64,000 nt of DNA from an uncultured Bulleidia sp. (lineage in GTDB: Bacteria; Bacillota_I; Bacilli_A; Erysipelotrichales; Erysipelotrichaceae). The notes under the pieces were generated by a model. The model was not told where the DNA came from and did not search any database. It saw only the letters and a list, made by a program, of their open reading frames with translations. The position numbers and the translations under genes are program-made. Positions 27,980 through 37,531 of this stretch are shown piece by piece (position 1 is the stretch's first letter; each line of letters opens with the position of its first letter). Location of the stretch: NCBI GenBank assembly GCA_934754415.1, contig CAKVIS010000002.1:17018-81017 (forward strand), written 5' to 3'.

Positions 27980-29875
27980 ATGGCTAAGAAACAGTTTAAA
28001 GCTGAATCAAAAAAACTATTAGAAATGATGATCAATTCGATCTACACCAATAAAGAAATCTTTTTAAGAGAACTGATTTCCAATGCAAGTGATGCTTTGG
28101 ATAAACGTCATTATCTCTCTATCCGTGAACCGGAAAAATATCCAGTCAGCTCTCAGGATCTCAAAATCACTATCACAAGAAATAAAGACGCAAGACAGCT
28201 GATCATCGAAGATACCGGTATCGGTATGACCGGTGAAGAAATGGAAAAAAACCTGGGTACTATTGCAAAATCAGGCTCTGCTGAATTCAGAGAAGCCATG
28301 GATAAAGCCCATGATGACATTGATATCATCGGACAGTTCGGTGTAGGCTTCTACAGTGCCTTTATGGTTGCGGACAGAATTCTTGTAGAATCCAAGAGTG
28401 CTACAGACCCTCAGGCTTATTCCTGGAGTTCTTCAGGTGAAGATGGATATATTCTTTCCAAGATTGATAAAGACTCCATTGGTACACGTATCACATTAAA
28501 CCTGAAAGCTGATACAGAAGAAGAAACCTATTCTGAATATCTTGAAGAATATACCATTCGCAATCTGATTAAGAAGTACAGTGATTATGTACGTTATCCT
28601 ATTGAAATGGAATGCGAAAAATCCATTCCCGATCCAACTGACAAGGAAAAAACCATCACCACTACAGAAATGGAAACCTTGAACAGTATGGTTCCATTAT
28701 GGAAGAAACCAAAGAGCAAGATTACACAGGAAGAATATAACGAGTTCTATAAAGCAAAATTCAACGACTGGGAAGATCCTCAGAAAGTTATTCATTACAA
28801 CGTTGAAGGTACCGCTTCCTATACAGCTCTGTTATTCATCCCTTCCAAGACTCCATACAATTTCTATTACTCTGATTTTGAACCAGGATTAAAGCTATAC
28901 TCCAAAGGTGTATTCATCCTGGATAAAGCAAAAGATCTTGTACCTGATTACTATCGTTTCGTTACAGGCCTTGTGGACAGTGATGATCTCAACCTGAATA
29001 TTTCAAGAGAAATCCTGCAGCAGGACAGACAGGTAAAAGCCATTGCAAAATCCATAGAAACAAAGATTCACAAAGCACTGGAAGAAATGCTGAGTAAGGA
29101 CAGAGAAGGCTATGAAAAGTTCTTTGACAACTTTGGTCTGAACCTCAAATATGGTGTGTACAAAGACTATGGCATGAACAAAGAGAAACTTCAGGATCTT
29201 ATCTTATTCAAGTCCAGCAAGGAAGATAAATATGTCACACTGCAGGAATATGTAGATAACATGAAAGAAGACCAGAAAGCTATTTACTATGCATGTGGTT
29301 CTTCCATTGAAGAAATCAAACGTAATCCTGTATTAAAGAAATTACAGGATAAAGGATATGAAGTATTGTACTTCCTGGATGAAAGAGATGAATTCTTCTC
29401 CGGTATTCTGAATTCCTACAAAGATAAACCTTTCAAGAGTATCAATAAGGGTGATCTTGACCTGGACAGCGAAGAAGAAAAGAAGGCTATTGAAGAAAAG
29501 ACAGAGGAAAATAAGGATCTGCTGAGTGCTATGAAAGAAGCTCTTGGTGAAAAAGTAAAAGAGGTCCGTATTTCTTCCCGTCTGAAAGATGACCCTGTCA
29601 TTATCGTGTCTGATGACGGTGTTTCTCTGGAAATGGAAAAATACATGTCTCAGGATCCTATGAATCATGGTGTTAAAGCCAACAAGATTCTGGAGATCAA
29701 TCCAAATCACCCTATTTTCAAAGTCTTGCAGGAAGAGGCTTCCAATACTGAAACCTTAAAAGATTACAGCGAAGTACTGTATGACCAGGCATTACTGATT
29801 CAGGGTTTACCTATCGAAGATCCAGTTACCTATTCCAGAAAGATTACAGACCTTCTTATCAAAGCAAGCAAATGA
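27980..29875 (+). CDS. htpG: molecular chaperone HtpG (Hsp90)
   Basis: 631 aa. The start ELISNASDALDKRHY and the GHKL ATPase motifs are present. Confidence 0.95.
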   Translation: MAKKQFKAESKKLLEMMINSIYTNKEIFLRELISNASDALDKRHYLSIREPEKYPVSSQDLKITITRNKDARQLIIEDTGIGMTGEEMEKNLGTIAKSGSAEFREAMDKAHDDIDIIGQFGVGFYSAFMVADRILVESKSATDPQAYSWSSSGEDGYILSKIDKDSIGTRITLNLKADTEEETYSEYLEEYTIRNLIKKYSDYVRYPIEMECEKSIPDPTDKEKTITTTEMETLNSMVPLWKKPKSKITQEEYNEFYKAKFNDWEDPQKVIHYNVEGTASYTALLFIPSKTPYNFYYSDFEPGLKLYSKGVFILDKAKDLVPDYYRFVTGLVDSDDLNLNISREILQQDRQVKAIAKSIETKIHKALEEMLSKDREGYEKFFDNFGLNLKYGVYKDYGMNKEKLQDLILFKSSKEDKYVTLQEYVDNMKEDQKAIYYACGSSIEEIKRNPVLKKLQDKGYEVLYFLDERDEFFSGILNSYKDKPFKSINKGDLDLDSEEEKKAIEEKTEENKDLLSAMKEALGEKVKEVRISSRLKDDPVIIVSDDGVSLEMEKYMSQDPMNHGVKANKILEINPNHPIFKVLQEEASNTETLKDYSEVLYDQALLIQGLPIEDPVTYSRKITDLLIKASK

Positions 29876-29876
29876 A

Positions 29877-29911
29877 AAATTAACCACAGAAGTCTTCTGT
29901 GGTTTTTTATA
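29877..29911 (+). terminator. intrinsic terminator after htpG
   Basis: The hairpin AACCACAGAAGTCTTCTGTGGTT is followed by TTTTAT. Confidence 0.7.
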
Positions 29912-29959
29912 TGGCTTATAAAAAAACGGAACAATTTTACAATCATTCCGAACACATAA

Positions 29960-30823
29960 TTATTTTCTGGAAAACAGTTTTTCTACAGGCAATTGTGCTG
30001 CTAATACTGCCCCGAAAGTCAATGCACAACCTATCAGTTCTCTTACACTCATCACCTGATGCAATAACAGAAATCCTCCTATTGCCGCAAATACAGATTC
30101 CAGTGACATTAACAGAGAGGCAATCGTTGGATCTGTATCTTTCTGTCCTATAATCTGCAATGTGTATCCTGCACCACTGGACAAAATCCCTGCATATAGC
30201 ACAGGTCCAAGAGCCTGTACTATAGAGGACAGTTCAGGTTTTTCAAAAATAAACATTGGAATTGTGCATAATAAACCTGCCACATAGAACTGAATACAGC
30301 TCATGCGTATCCCGTCTACTTTAGAAGAAAAGTGATCTATAGTCAGTATATGGAATGCAAATCCTACAGCACATAGCAGCACAAACGTGTCTCCTTTAGA
30401 AAAAGAAATGGATTCGTTCATACACAGAAAATACAAACCAGCAACACTCATTGCAACACAGAGCCCGATTTTTTTCGAAATCTTTTTTCCGAGAAAAACT
30501 GAAAGCAAAGGGACAAACACAACATACAGTGCAGTAATAAATCCCGCTTTTCCTACAGTAGTGTATACAACTCCCACCTGCTGTAACATAGAGGCAGCGC
30601 CAAGACAAAGACCACAGGCAATTCCACCTTTCCATAAAATTTTTGACTCGCACGGGGTCTTTTTAAACAATGGCAGGATACAGGTTAAAGTCAGTCCTGC
30701 AATATAACTTCTGAGACATGTAAACGTCCATGGCCCTATGACATCCATCGCAACACTCTGTGCTACAAATGCCATACCCCATATACATGCTGTAAGTAAT
30801 AATAAGATACTTCCTTTTTTCAT
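29960..30823 (-). CDS. DMT-superfamily (EamA-like) transporter
   Basis: Ten predicted TM helices and two EamA repeats. Start is taken at MKKGSILLLL. Confidence 0.75.
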   Translation of the reverse strand: MKKGSILLLLTACIWGMAFVAQSVAMDVIGPWTFTCLRSYIAGLTLTCILPLFKKTPCESKILWKGGIACGLCLGAASMLQQVGVVYTTVGKAGFITALYVVFVPLLSVFLGKKISKKIGLCVAMSVAGLYFLCMNESISFSKGDTFVLLCAVGFAFHILTIDHFSSKVDGIRMSCIQFYVAGLLCTIPMFIFEKPELSSIVQALGPVLYAGILSSGAGYTLQIIGQKDTDPTIASLLMSLESVFAAIGGFLLLHQVMSVRELIGCALTFGAVLAAQLPVEKLFSRK

Positions 30824-30845
30824 ACAGCAACAATTATACACAATC

Positions 30846-31322
30846 TCACTTTATATGAGAACAGAGTTCTTTTCCCCTTTCAAATTCAAACACTGTATTT
30901 CTTGCAATATCCATACAGAGAATCGGAAAAAAGAAAACTGTAACCATCTGTAATCCTTCTATAAAGTGAAACAGACAGGATATTCCCATAAGAACTGCAG
31001 CAAATACCAGCATAAATTTTCTGTTTCTCTGTACCACCAGATTATTGTGACTCACCCAGAGACTCTGTGCAAAACTTACAGAAACACCAAGCAAAATCAG
31101 TTTTACGTCCACTGTTAAAAGACACATGATTATTTCCAGAGACAGAATAATTATCATCTGCTTTGTCATCACTTCCTCTTCACTTTTTCTTACCATCAAA
31201 AGTGCAAACAAAATATCCAGTATTGCCATCATACTTTCCAGCAAAGTATTTTGCTGAAGATATGCCCCGGCCGTTAAAAATGCAAGACTGATATGTAATC
31301 TGTATCTATTTGTATATGTCAT
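30846..31322 (-). CDS. hypothetical membrane protein (158 aa, about 4 TM)
   Basis: A hydrophobic ORF 4 nt downstream of the DMT gene on the same strand. No family was recognised. Confidence 0.4.
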   Translation of the reverse strand: MTYTNRYRLHISLAFLTAGAYLQQNTLLESMMAILDILFALLMVRKSEEEVMTKQMIIILSLEIIMCLLTVDVKLILLGVSVSFAQSLWVSHNNLVVQRNRKFMLVFAAVLMGISCLFHFIEGLQMVTVFFFPILCMDIARNTVFEFERGKELCSHIK

Positions 31323-31419
31323 AGGTTTCTCCTTCTTTCTGCAGTCAGTATATAGAGAGAAGCTTTATTTGGTGTACATATACGTGTACAATAAATAAAA
31401 AATAAGGGGAAAATCACCT

Positions 31420-32406
31420 ATGATCAACAGCAGTCTTACCACTTTAAAAATACTGTATTATTTACAGACAGAAAGCAGTCCTGAAGAAGCAGTCACCACT
31501 GCAGATATTCTGGAATATCTGAAAACACAGGGCATACAGGCAGACAGACGTTTCGTTTATAAAACCATAGACAACCTGATTGAAACAGGATATCCCATCC
31601 AGAAAGTTCATGCCAATTATACCTATGCCTGTTATTATGCTCCTGTATTGCAGACTGCCGAAGCTTTCTTTCTTTTAGATGCAATAGAGAGCAGTCCTTG
31701 TCTTACAGCCGAAGATAAGACCATGATTCAGAAAAAACTTATTACTGCTCTACCAAGTGATCAGCAGGCTTATTTACCTAAAATGGCAGGCTCTTCTTCC
31801 TCCAGTACAAATTCCCTGGTATTACTGACAATTCGTACAATACTTTCTGCTATTCACCAACAGAAAGTGATTTCCTTTCTGTACTTTGACTATAATCTGC
31901 AGAAAAAGAAAAAGTATCGTAAAAACGGTATCAGATATAAGGTATTCCCACAGACCATTGTCAGTGACAGAGGTAAGTTTTATTGTATCGGCTATTCCCT
32001 GGAAGATAACTTACTCAAGACATACAGACTGGACAAAATGGATGTTATTCATATACTGGATATATCCTTCAAGATGGAGCAGTCATTTGATCTAGACTCC
32101 TTCATGCACAATACATTCCACATGTATTCCTCCAAAGCAACCAGTATACTGGCAAAATTTGATATCTCTCTTTTACCTGTGGTCTATGACAACTTTGGTC
32201 TGGATATACTGATTACACAAAGTGATGAAACCTCTTTTACTGCAGGTATTTCCACTGCCATTACACCAGAAGTTATTGGATGGTTCTTAAAAAACTCTGC
32301 CCATTGTACTGTATACAAACCTCAGCAGCTGAAGGATAATATGATTGCTACAGCAAGAATCATTCTTCAAAAATACAAGGAGGAAGATACTGATGAATAC
32401 TATTGA
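31420..32406 (+). CDS. WYL-domain transcriptional regulator (wHTH-WYL-WCX architecture, BrxR/CapW/PafBC-like)
   Basis: An N-terminal wHTH is followed by a WYL domain, KFYCIGYSLEDNLLKTYRLDKMDVIHIL, matching the WYL...FRLDRI pattern. A C-terminal extension follows. Confidence 0.7.
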   Translation: MINSSLTTLKILYYLQTESSPEEAVTTADILEYLKTQGIQADRRFVYKTIDNLIETGYPIQKVHANYTYACYYAPVLQTAEAFFLLDAIESSPCLTAEDKTMIQKKLITALPSDQQAYLPKMAGSSSSSTNSLVLLTIRTILSAIHQQKVISFLYFDYNLQKKKKYRKNGIRYKVFPQTIVSDRGKFYCIGYSLEDNLLKTYRLDKMDVIHILDISFKMEQSFDLDSFMHNTFHMYSSKATSILAKFDISLLPVVYDNFGLDILITQSDETSFTAGISTAITPEVIGWFLKNSAHCTVYKPQQLKDNMIATARIILQKYKEEDTDEYY

Positions 32407-33115
32407 TGCATTACAGAAAATTATCGATAACGGAAAAAGAATCGTCTTCTTTACAGGGGCTGGTGTTTCTACAGACAGCGGCATTCCTGATTTCAGGAGT
32501 CAGGATGGTCTTTACCACACAAAATATGCCTATCCACCGGAAGAAATCCTTTCTCATACCTTCTTTATGCATTCCACAGAAGAGTTTTACCGTTTTTACA
32601 GAGATAAAATGCTGTACCCGGATGTACAGCCTAATTACGTACATACCTTTATCGCAAAACTGGAGGAGATGGGGAAATCTCTGGGGGTAGTCACACAGAA
32701 TATTGACGGACTTCACCAGAAAGCCGGAAGCAAACATGTGTATGAATTACATGGTTCTGTGTCCAGAAACTATTGTACAAAATGTCATCACTTCTATGAT
32801 GAATCCTATATTTTGAACACCTCAGGCATCCCAAAATGCCCATCATGCGGTGGTATCATCAAACCGGATGTAGTACTGTATGAAGAGCCTTTAAACAATG
32901 AGGTTGTTACCAAAGCAGTAGAAACCATACAGAAAGCAGATGTTCTGATTGTTATGGGCACTTCTCTTGTGGTGTATCCTGCAGCTGGTCTGATTCGTTA
33001 TTTCTACGGAGATAAACTGGTATTGATCAATAAAGATGCCACTCCTTATGACAACATGGCAGATCTTGCCATTCACTCTTCATTCAGTGCAATTCTTCCA
33101 AAAATCAAACTCTGA
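32393..33115 (+). CDS. NAD-dependent protein deacylase, Sir2 family (CobB/SrtN-like)
   Basis: GAGVSTDSGIPDFRS together with the Zn ribbon CTKCHH...CPSCGG. The RBS aaggagg lies upstream, and the ATG overlaps the WYL gene end by 14 nt. Confidence 0.9.
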   Translation: MNTIDALQKIIDNGKRIVFFTGAGVSTDSGIPDFRSQDGLYHTKYAYPPEEILSHTFFMHSTEEFYRFYRDKMLYPDVQPNYVHTFIAKLEEMGKSLGVVTQNIDGLHQKAGSKHVYELHGSVSRNYCTKCHHFYDESYILNTSGIPKCPSCGGIIKPDVVLYEEPLNNEVVTKAVETIQKADVLIVMGTSLVVYPAAGLIRYFYGDKLVLINKDATPYDNMADLAIHSSFSAILPKIKL

Positions 33116-33127
33116 AAAAAGAACAGG

Positions 33128-33628
33128 TTATCGATTGACCTGTTCTTTAAAATATTGTTCTGCTTCTTCGTAAGAGATATTCAGGCTTGCTGCGATCTCA
33201 TTAAACAGATATTTTTCAGCTTTATGCAGATATTCATCATCAATGGAAGCTGTTCGTTTATTCTGTGCAATACGCTGTTGATTACGCTGATAAGAAGTTT
33301 TGATAATCCGCACAAGATCTTCAAGACTGTCAGAGTTCAGCAGGTTGGAATACTGACTCTTAAGATTGGAGGTTTTGCTTTCTACCGGTTCCTGATTCTT
33401 AATAGCTTCTATCAGATCCTGTATTTCCTCTTTTGTAATCATATCTCTTAAATGTCCGCCTTTATCAGAAATCGGAACCTGCATTTTTACAGAGCCATCA
33501 GGATTTGCAAAAGGAACAAGTACATAACACTTTTCTTTTGTGAAATCACTTTTAGCGATACGTATAACTCTGCAGACTTCTCTTCGATAAACTAACAAAT
33601 CTCCTTTTTTATACAATTTTTGTGCCAT
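33128..33628 (-). CDS. CarD_CdnL_TRCF-domain protein (YdeB-like RNAP-interacting regulator)
   Basis: N-terminal YKKGDLLVYRREVCRVIRI resembles the CarD/TRCF RNAP-interacting domain. The RBS gaaggtga lies 5 nt before the ATG at 33628. Confidence 0.6.
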   Translation of the reverse strand: MAQKLYKKGDLLVYRREVCRVIRIAKSDFTKEKCYVLVPFANPDGSVKMQVPISDKGGHLRDMITKEEIQDLIEAIKNQEPVESKTSNLKSQYSNLLNSDSLEDLVRIIKTSYQRNQQRIAQNKRTASIDDEYLHKAEKYLFNEIAASLNISYEEAEQYFKEQVNR

Positions 33629-33692
33629 GATTTCACCTTCTTTCGATACGTTAATCATATCACAAATTCATCTTTTTTTCACATGTTGCGTT

Positions 33693-34139
33693 TTATAAGA
33701 GAAAGCCATGGGCATCAGCAGGTTTACCCGCAACAGCACACCCGTCTATCACAGAGCATATATACAGTACAATCGGTATAATTCCTGTCCATCCCAGTAA
33801 CACTGTCATCAGAATATATTTTCTGCCTCTTGCAATATCACCGGCATAGAAATACTGAAAACCGAAAATTCCAAATACAAGAGCAAGCAGAAGATATACC
33901 CATTTATTAATCTGTCTTGTTCCTGTCTGTTTCTCTTCTTCAAAAGTGGAATCGATGGTATTCCCCTCTTTTTCCACAAACACATCAGAAGAAGCAGAGG
34001 AAGTATACACTTTTACAACATCTCCTACAGATGGTAAAAAACGGAAACAGGATAATGGATATGTAGTAAATGTAGATTTTGCTTCATCCGCAACAATGAC
34101 AGTACCTTTTTGTGTGTCAATATCTTTAATCACCAGCAT
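33693..34139 (-). CDS. DUF3006-like N-domain fused to a TM2-domain membrane segment
   Basis: The N-terminal small beta-domain is MLVIKDIDTQKGTVIVADE. The C-terminal region NKWVYLLLALVFGIFGFQYFYAGDIARGRKYILM has a TM2-type motif. Confidence 0.5.
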   Translation of the reverse strand: MLVIKDIDTQKGTVIVADEAKSTFTTYPLSCFRFLPSVGDVVKVYTSSASSDVFVEKEGNTIDSTFEEEKQTGTRQINKWVYLLLALVFGIFGFQYFYAGDIARGRKYILMTVLLGWTGIIPIVLYICSVIDGCAVAGKPADAHGFLL

Positions 34140-34151
34140 ATGCTCACCCTC

Positions 34152-35369
34152 TTATATAATCTGTACCAGAAAGTATTTTAAATAATCTGTTTCACTTACC
34201 GAAACCAGTACCGGATGATCCGGCGAAGCATGTCTTTCTTCTACTATTCTGACCTGAACACCAGCCTCTTTTGCGGCATCTTTTAACATCTCTTTAAATT
34301 TTTCCACAGGCATAAAATGCGAACAGGAATTTGTAGCAAGATATCCTCCGCGAGGTAATATCTTCATAGCCTGTGCATTGATTTTTTTATACCCCTGATA
34401 TGCCTGCAGGAATGTTCTTCTGCTCTTTGTGAATGCAGGAGGATCCAGAATAATAAAGTCATAGAAGATATGTTCTCTTCTGACTCTTTCCAGTTCTTCA
34501 AACACATCTCCCTGGATAAATTCCACTTTATCTTCAAGATGATTACGTATTGCATTTCTTCGTGCAGTTTCCAGTGCTGTTTCACTGATATCCAGTGCCA
34601 CTACCTTCTTTGCCTTACCCATAGCAGCATTTAAAGCAAAGCTGCCTGTATGTGTACAGCAATCCAGAATTGTTTTCCCTTCACTCAACGATCTTACTGC
34701 TTTACGGTTATATTTCTGATCCAGAAAGAAACCGGTCTTCTGACCATTTTCTACATCCACTTCAAAATAGATGTCGTTTTCTTTAATTTTCGTTACAGTA
34801 CTGGCTGGATGTATATCTCCATACCACCCCTTATACTGTAAAAGTCCTTCTTTCTTACGAAGTTCTCCTTCATTTCTTTCATAGATACCTTCGATAACTT
34901 CACCCATCTGTGCAAGTTGCTGTAATAATGCGGCATAAATACAGTCTTTATACTTTTCACATCCAAATGAATCCACTTCACTGACAAGAATAGTGTCATA
35001 TCTGTCAATTGTAAGACCCGGTAATCCATCACTTTCTCCATGTACCAGTCTGCATGCCTTAAAATCATCTTTCATGACTTCTTTGCGATATTGCAATGCA
35101 TATTGAATACGTCTTGCAAAGAATGCTTCATCGATTTTATCATTGGCATTAGATGTCAGAATACGGATACGTATCTTGGAATGCAGAGATAAAAAACCTG
35201 TACCAAGATAATTATCTTTCATACCAAAGACATCTACAATACTGCCATTTTCAAGATTCTCATCTATAGAAACTATTTCATCTTCATATACCCATGGATG
35301 TCCGTCATGGATACAATTTGCCTGCTTTTTGGTTACTGTTGCTTTTGCATATATACGTTGTTGTTTCAT
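34152..35369 (-). CDS. class I SAM-dependent 23S rRNA (cytosine-C5) methyltransferase RlmI-like (PUA plus MTase)
   Basis: Start is taken at MKQQRIYAKATV, with RBS ggagaa 6 nt upstream. An N-terminal PUA-like domain is followed by methyltransferase motifs (ILDCCTHTGSFAL, IILDPPAF). Confidence 0.85.
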   Translation of the reverse strand: MKQQRIYAKATVTKKQANCIHDGHPWVYEDEIVSIDENLENGSIVDVFGMKDNYLGTGFLSLHSKIRIRILTSNANDKIDEAFFARRIQYALQYRKEVMKDDFKACRLVHGESDGLPGLTIDRYDTILVSEVDSFGCEKYKDCIYAALLQQLAQMGEVIEGIYERNEGELRKKEGLLQYKGWYGDIHPASTVTKIKENDIYFEVDVENGQKTGFFLDQKYNRKAVRSLSEGKTILDCCTHTGSFALNAAMGKAKKVVALDISETALETARRNAIRNHLEDKVEFIQGDVFEELERVRREHIFYDFIILDPPAFTKSRRTFLQAYQGYKKINAQAMKILPRGGYLATNSCSHFMPVEKFKEMLKDAAKEAGVQVRIVEERHASPDHPVLVSVSETDYLKYFLVQII

Positions 35370-35468
35370 AAGTTTTCTCCAACTGCATTGTACCACATAC
35401 TCAATCATCAAAAAAACAGGAACTGTGTGACATGCACAATTCCTGTCAATGCATAGTTTATGAATACT

Positions 35469-36413
35469 TTATCCTCTGTGTCCTTTTTCGTATGGTATTC
35501 CTTCCGCCTTAGGTGCCGCAGAATTCTGGGGCGTCAATGCCAGAACTACAAGAGAAATAATATATGGCATCATATTGTAAACAGTTCCAGGTAAATGCAG
35601 AGCAGCGAAGAATCCAATACCTGTATATACATTACTTAAGGCTCTGAAGAATCCGAACAATAAAGCAGTTAATGCAATCTTATGCGGTTTCCACTGACCA
35701 AAAATCATTACTGCAAGAGCAAGGAAACCAAAACCTGCAACACCTACTTCAAACTTCCATTCAGATACACCTGCTGTAATATAGGTAATACCACCAAGTC
35801 CGCCTAAAATACCGGAGATAATGACACCCCACCAGCGCATCTTGTACACGTTAATACCTACAGAGTCAGCTGCCTGAGGGTTTTCACCACAGGCACGCAG
35901 TCTTAAACCAAATCTTGTTTTATACAATAATACAAATCCTATAATTAAAGCTACAGCAGCAATTAACATAAACCAGCTGAATTCAAAACTTCCAAGTTTG
36001 ACAATAAATGCTTTTTTCTGATTTACATATGCCAGAATTGTAGATACATCCTGAGAATTTTTAGAAGAGTTATATCCTCTTGCCACAATGGCAGCAAGAG
36101 CAGTTGCCAGCATATTCATAGCTGTTCCGACCAGGGTCTGATCGGCATTACAGTGAATACTAGCTACACCAAGAAGTAAGGAATACAGTACTCCGAAAGC
36201 AACAGCAAACAGACATACTGTAACTACCATGATAAAGGCATTGTCACAGGAAGAAAGAATATTCATTGCCATAGCTCCTCCAAGGGCCCCCATAACCATG
36301 ATTCCTTCAAGTCCCAGGTTGATGATACCGGAATGTTCTGAGAAACATCCACCCAGTGCAACAAGTGATAATACTGAAGCAAATATCAAAGTATATTGTA
36401 ATAGTAAGATCAT
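35469..36413 (-). CDS. ABC transporter permease (BMP/nucleoside family, NupQ/YufQ-like)
   Basis: 314 aa polytopic membrane protein. It is the last gene of the BMP-type ABC operon. Confidence 0.85.
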   Translation of the reverse strand: MILLLQYTLIFASVLSLVALGGCFSEHSGIINLGLEGIMVMGALGGAMAMNILSSCDNAFIMVVTVCLFAVAFGVLYSLLLGVASIHCNADQTLVGTAMNMLATALAAIVARGYNSSKNSQDVSTILAYVNQKKAFIVKLGSFEFSWFMLIAAVALIIGFVLLYKTRFGLRLRACGENPQAADSVGINVYKMRWWGVIISGILGGLGGITYITAGVSEWKFEVGVAGFGFLALAVMIFGQWKPHKIALTALLFGFFRALSNVYTGIGFFAALHLPGTVYNMMPYIISLVVLALTPQNSAAPKAEGIPYEKGHRG

Positions 36414-37531
36414 GCCTGTTCACCTTCCTTCTTTTTGGACTTTGTCACCTTTGCCTGACGTCTGTTCATCAGATTCTTTGTAAATAATACAAAGGCACTT
36501 CCGTAAATAATGATACCGAACATCATATCAGAAATCTGCGATGGATACAGCATACGGTCAATCAGTGCACCTCCATCCAATACATTTTGAATAAAGAATG
36601 ACGCAAAGATTGTTCCGATTGGATGTAAACCACCAAGGAATGTTGCGGCGATACCGTTAAATCCCATTGCAGGTACGGAAGACTGTGTTGTTTCCCACTT
36701 CATATACCCGGATAAGAACAGGAAGCTTGCACCGATTCCAGCCAGTGCACCACCGATAGCCAGTGTCTTTAAAATATTCTGCTTTTCCTTCATACCGGAA
36801 TATTTTGCTGCTTCTTTACTGTAACCTGTCGCAATGAGTTCATATCCAAATTTTGTCTTGGTCAGTACCACCCATAACAGAATGGCAATAATAATCGCTA
36901 ACGGAATAGCAATTGTCACATTTCTGTTATTGGCAAAAAGTGCACCCAGCCCCATAGAAGGAATCAATCCAGATGGATTTACAGAATTGATATCAACAGT
37001 ATACGGACTTGCCAGATCCTTGGAAGCTGGCTGAGATAAGACAGTATTTACAAGATATAAAGTAATCCAGTTTAACATGATACCTGAAATAACTTCATTT
37101 ACATTTCTGTAAGCTTTCAAAGCACCGGTAATCACACCAAGTATTGCACCTGCGATAGCCGCCATGATAAGGCACACATACCATGGCAGATGGAATATCA
37201 AAGCTCCCACAAGAGAAGCACCTGCACCTGCCACATACTGTCCGGCAGCTCCGATATTGAATAAACCAACTTTATAACAGAAACAGACACTCAATGCACA
37301 CATTAACAATGGAGCTGTCTTTACCAGAGTATTTCCCAGAGCTTTCATCTGAGCCGGTGCACCGGTACGTGTCAGGAAGTTCAATATAATAGTGATAATT
37401 GCCTGTGTGGCTCCATGAGGTGCAATAATCAGCAATACTATATAACTGATCAATACCCCTGCCAGAATACAAATCAATGAAGTAACTATGGTCTGTACTG
37501 CAGAGTTTTGAAAAAATGATTTCTTTTTCAT
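36410..37531 (-). CDS. ABC transporter permease (NupP/YufP-like)
   Basis: 373 aa polytopic membrane protein. It has 4-nt overlaps with both neighbouring genes. Confidence 0.85.
   Translation of the reverse strand: MKKKSFFQNSAVQTIVTSLICILAGVLISYIVLLIIAPHGATQAIITIILNFLTRTGAPAQMKALGNTLVKTAPLLMCALSVCFCYKVGLFNIGAAGQYVAGAGASLVGALIFHLPWYVCLIMAAIAGAILGVITGALKAYRNVNEVISGIMLNWITLYLVNTVLSQPASKDLASPYTVDINSVNPSGLIPSMGLGALFANNRNVTIAIPLAIIIAILLWVVLTKTKFGYELIATGYSKEAAKYSGMKEKQNILKTLAIGGALAGIGASFLFLSGYMKWETTQSSVPAMGFNGIAATFLGGLHPIGTIFASFFIQNVLDGGALIDRMLYPSQISDMMFGIIIYGSAFVLFTKNLMNRRQAKVTKSKKKEGEQA

Noticed and set aside
32393-33115. The Sir2 protein as a Thoeris/DSR/SIR2-HerA-type NADase defence protein.
   Set aside because: It is short (240 aa) and retains the Zn-ribbon CxxC...CxxC and the GAGVSTDSGIPDFRS motif of canonical deacylases. 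No ThsB/TIR, HerA or other partner is present. It is retained only as a regulator-linkage observation.
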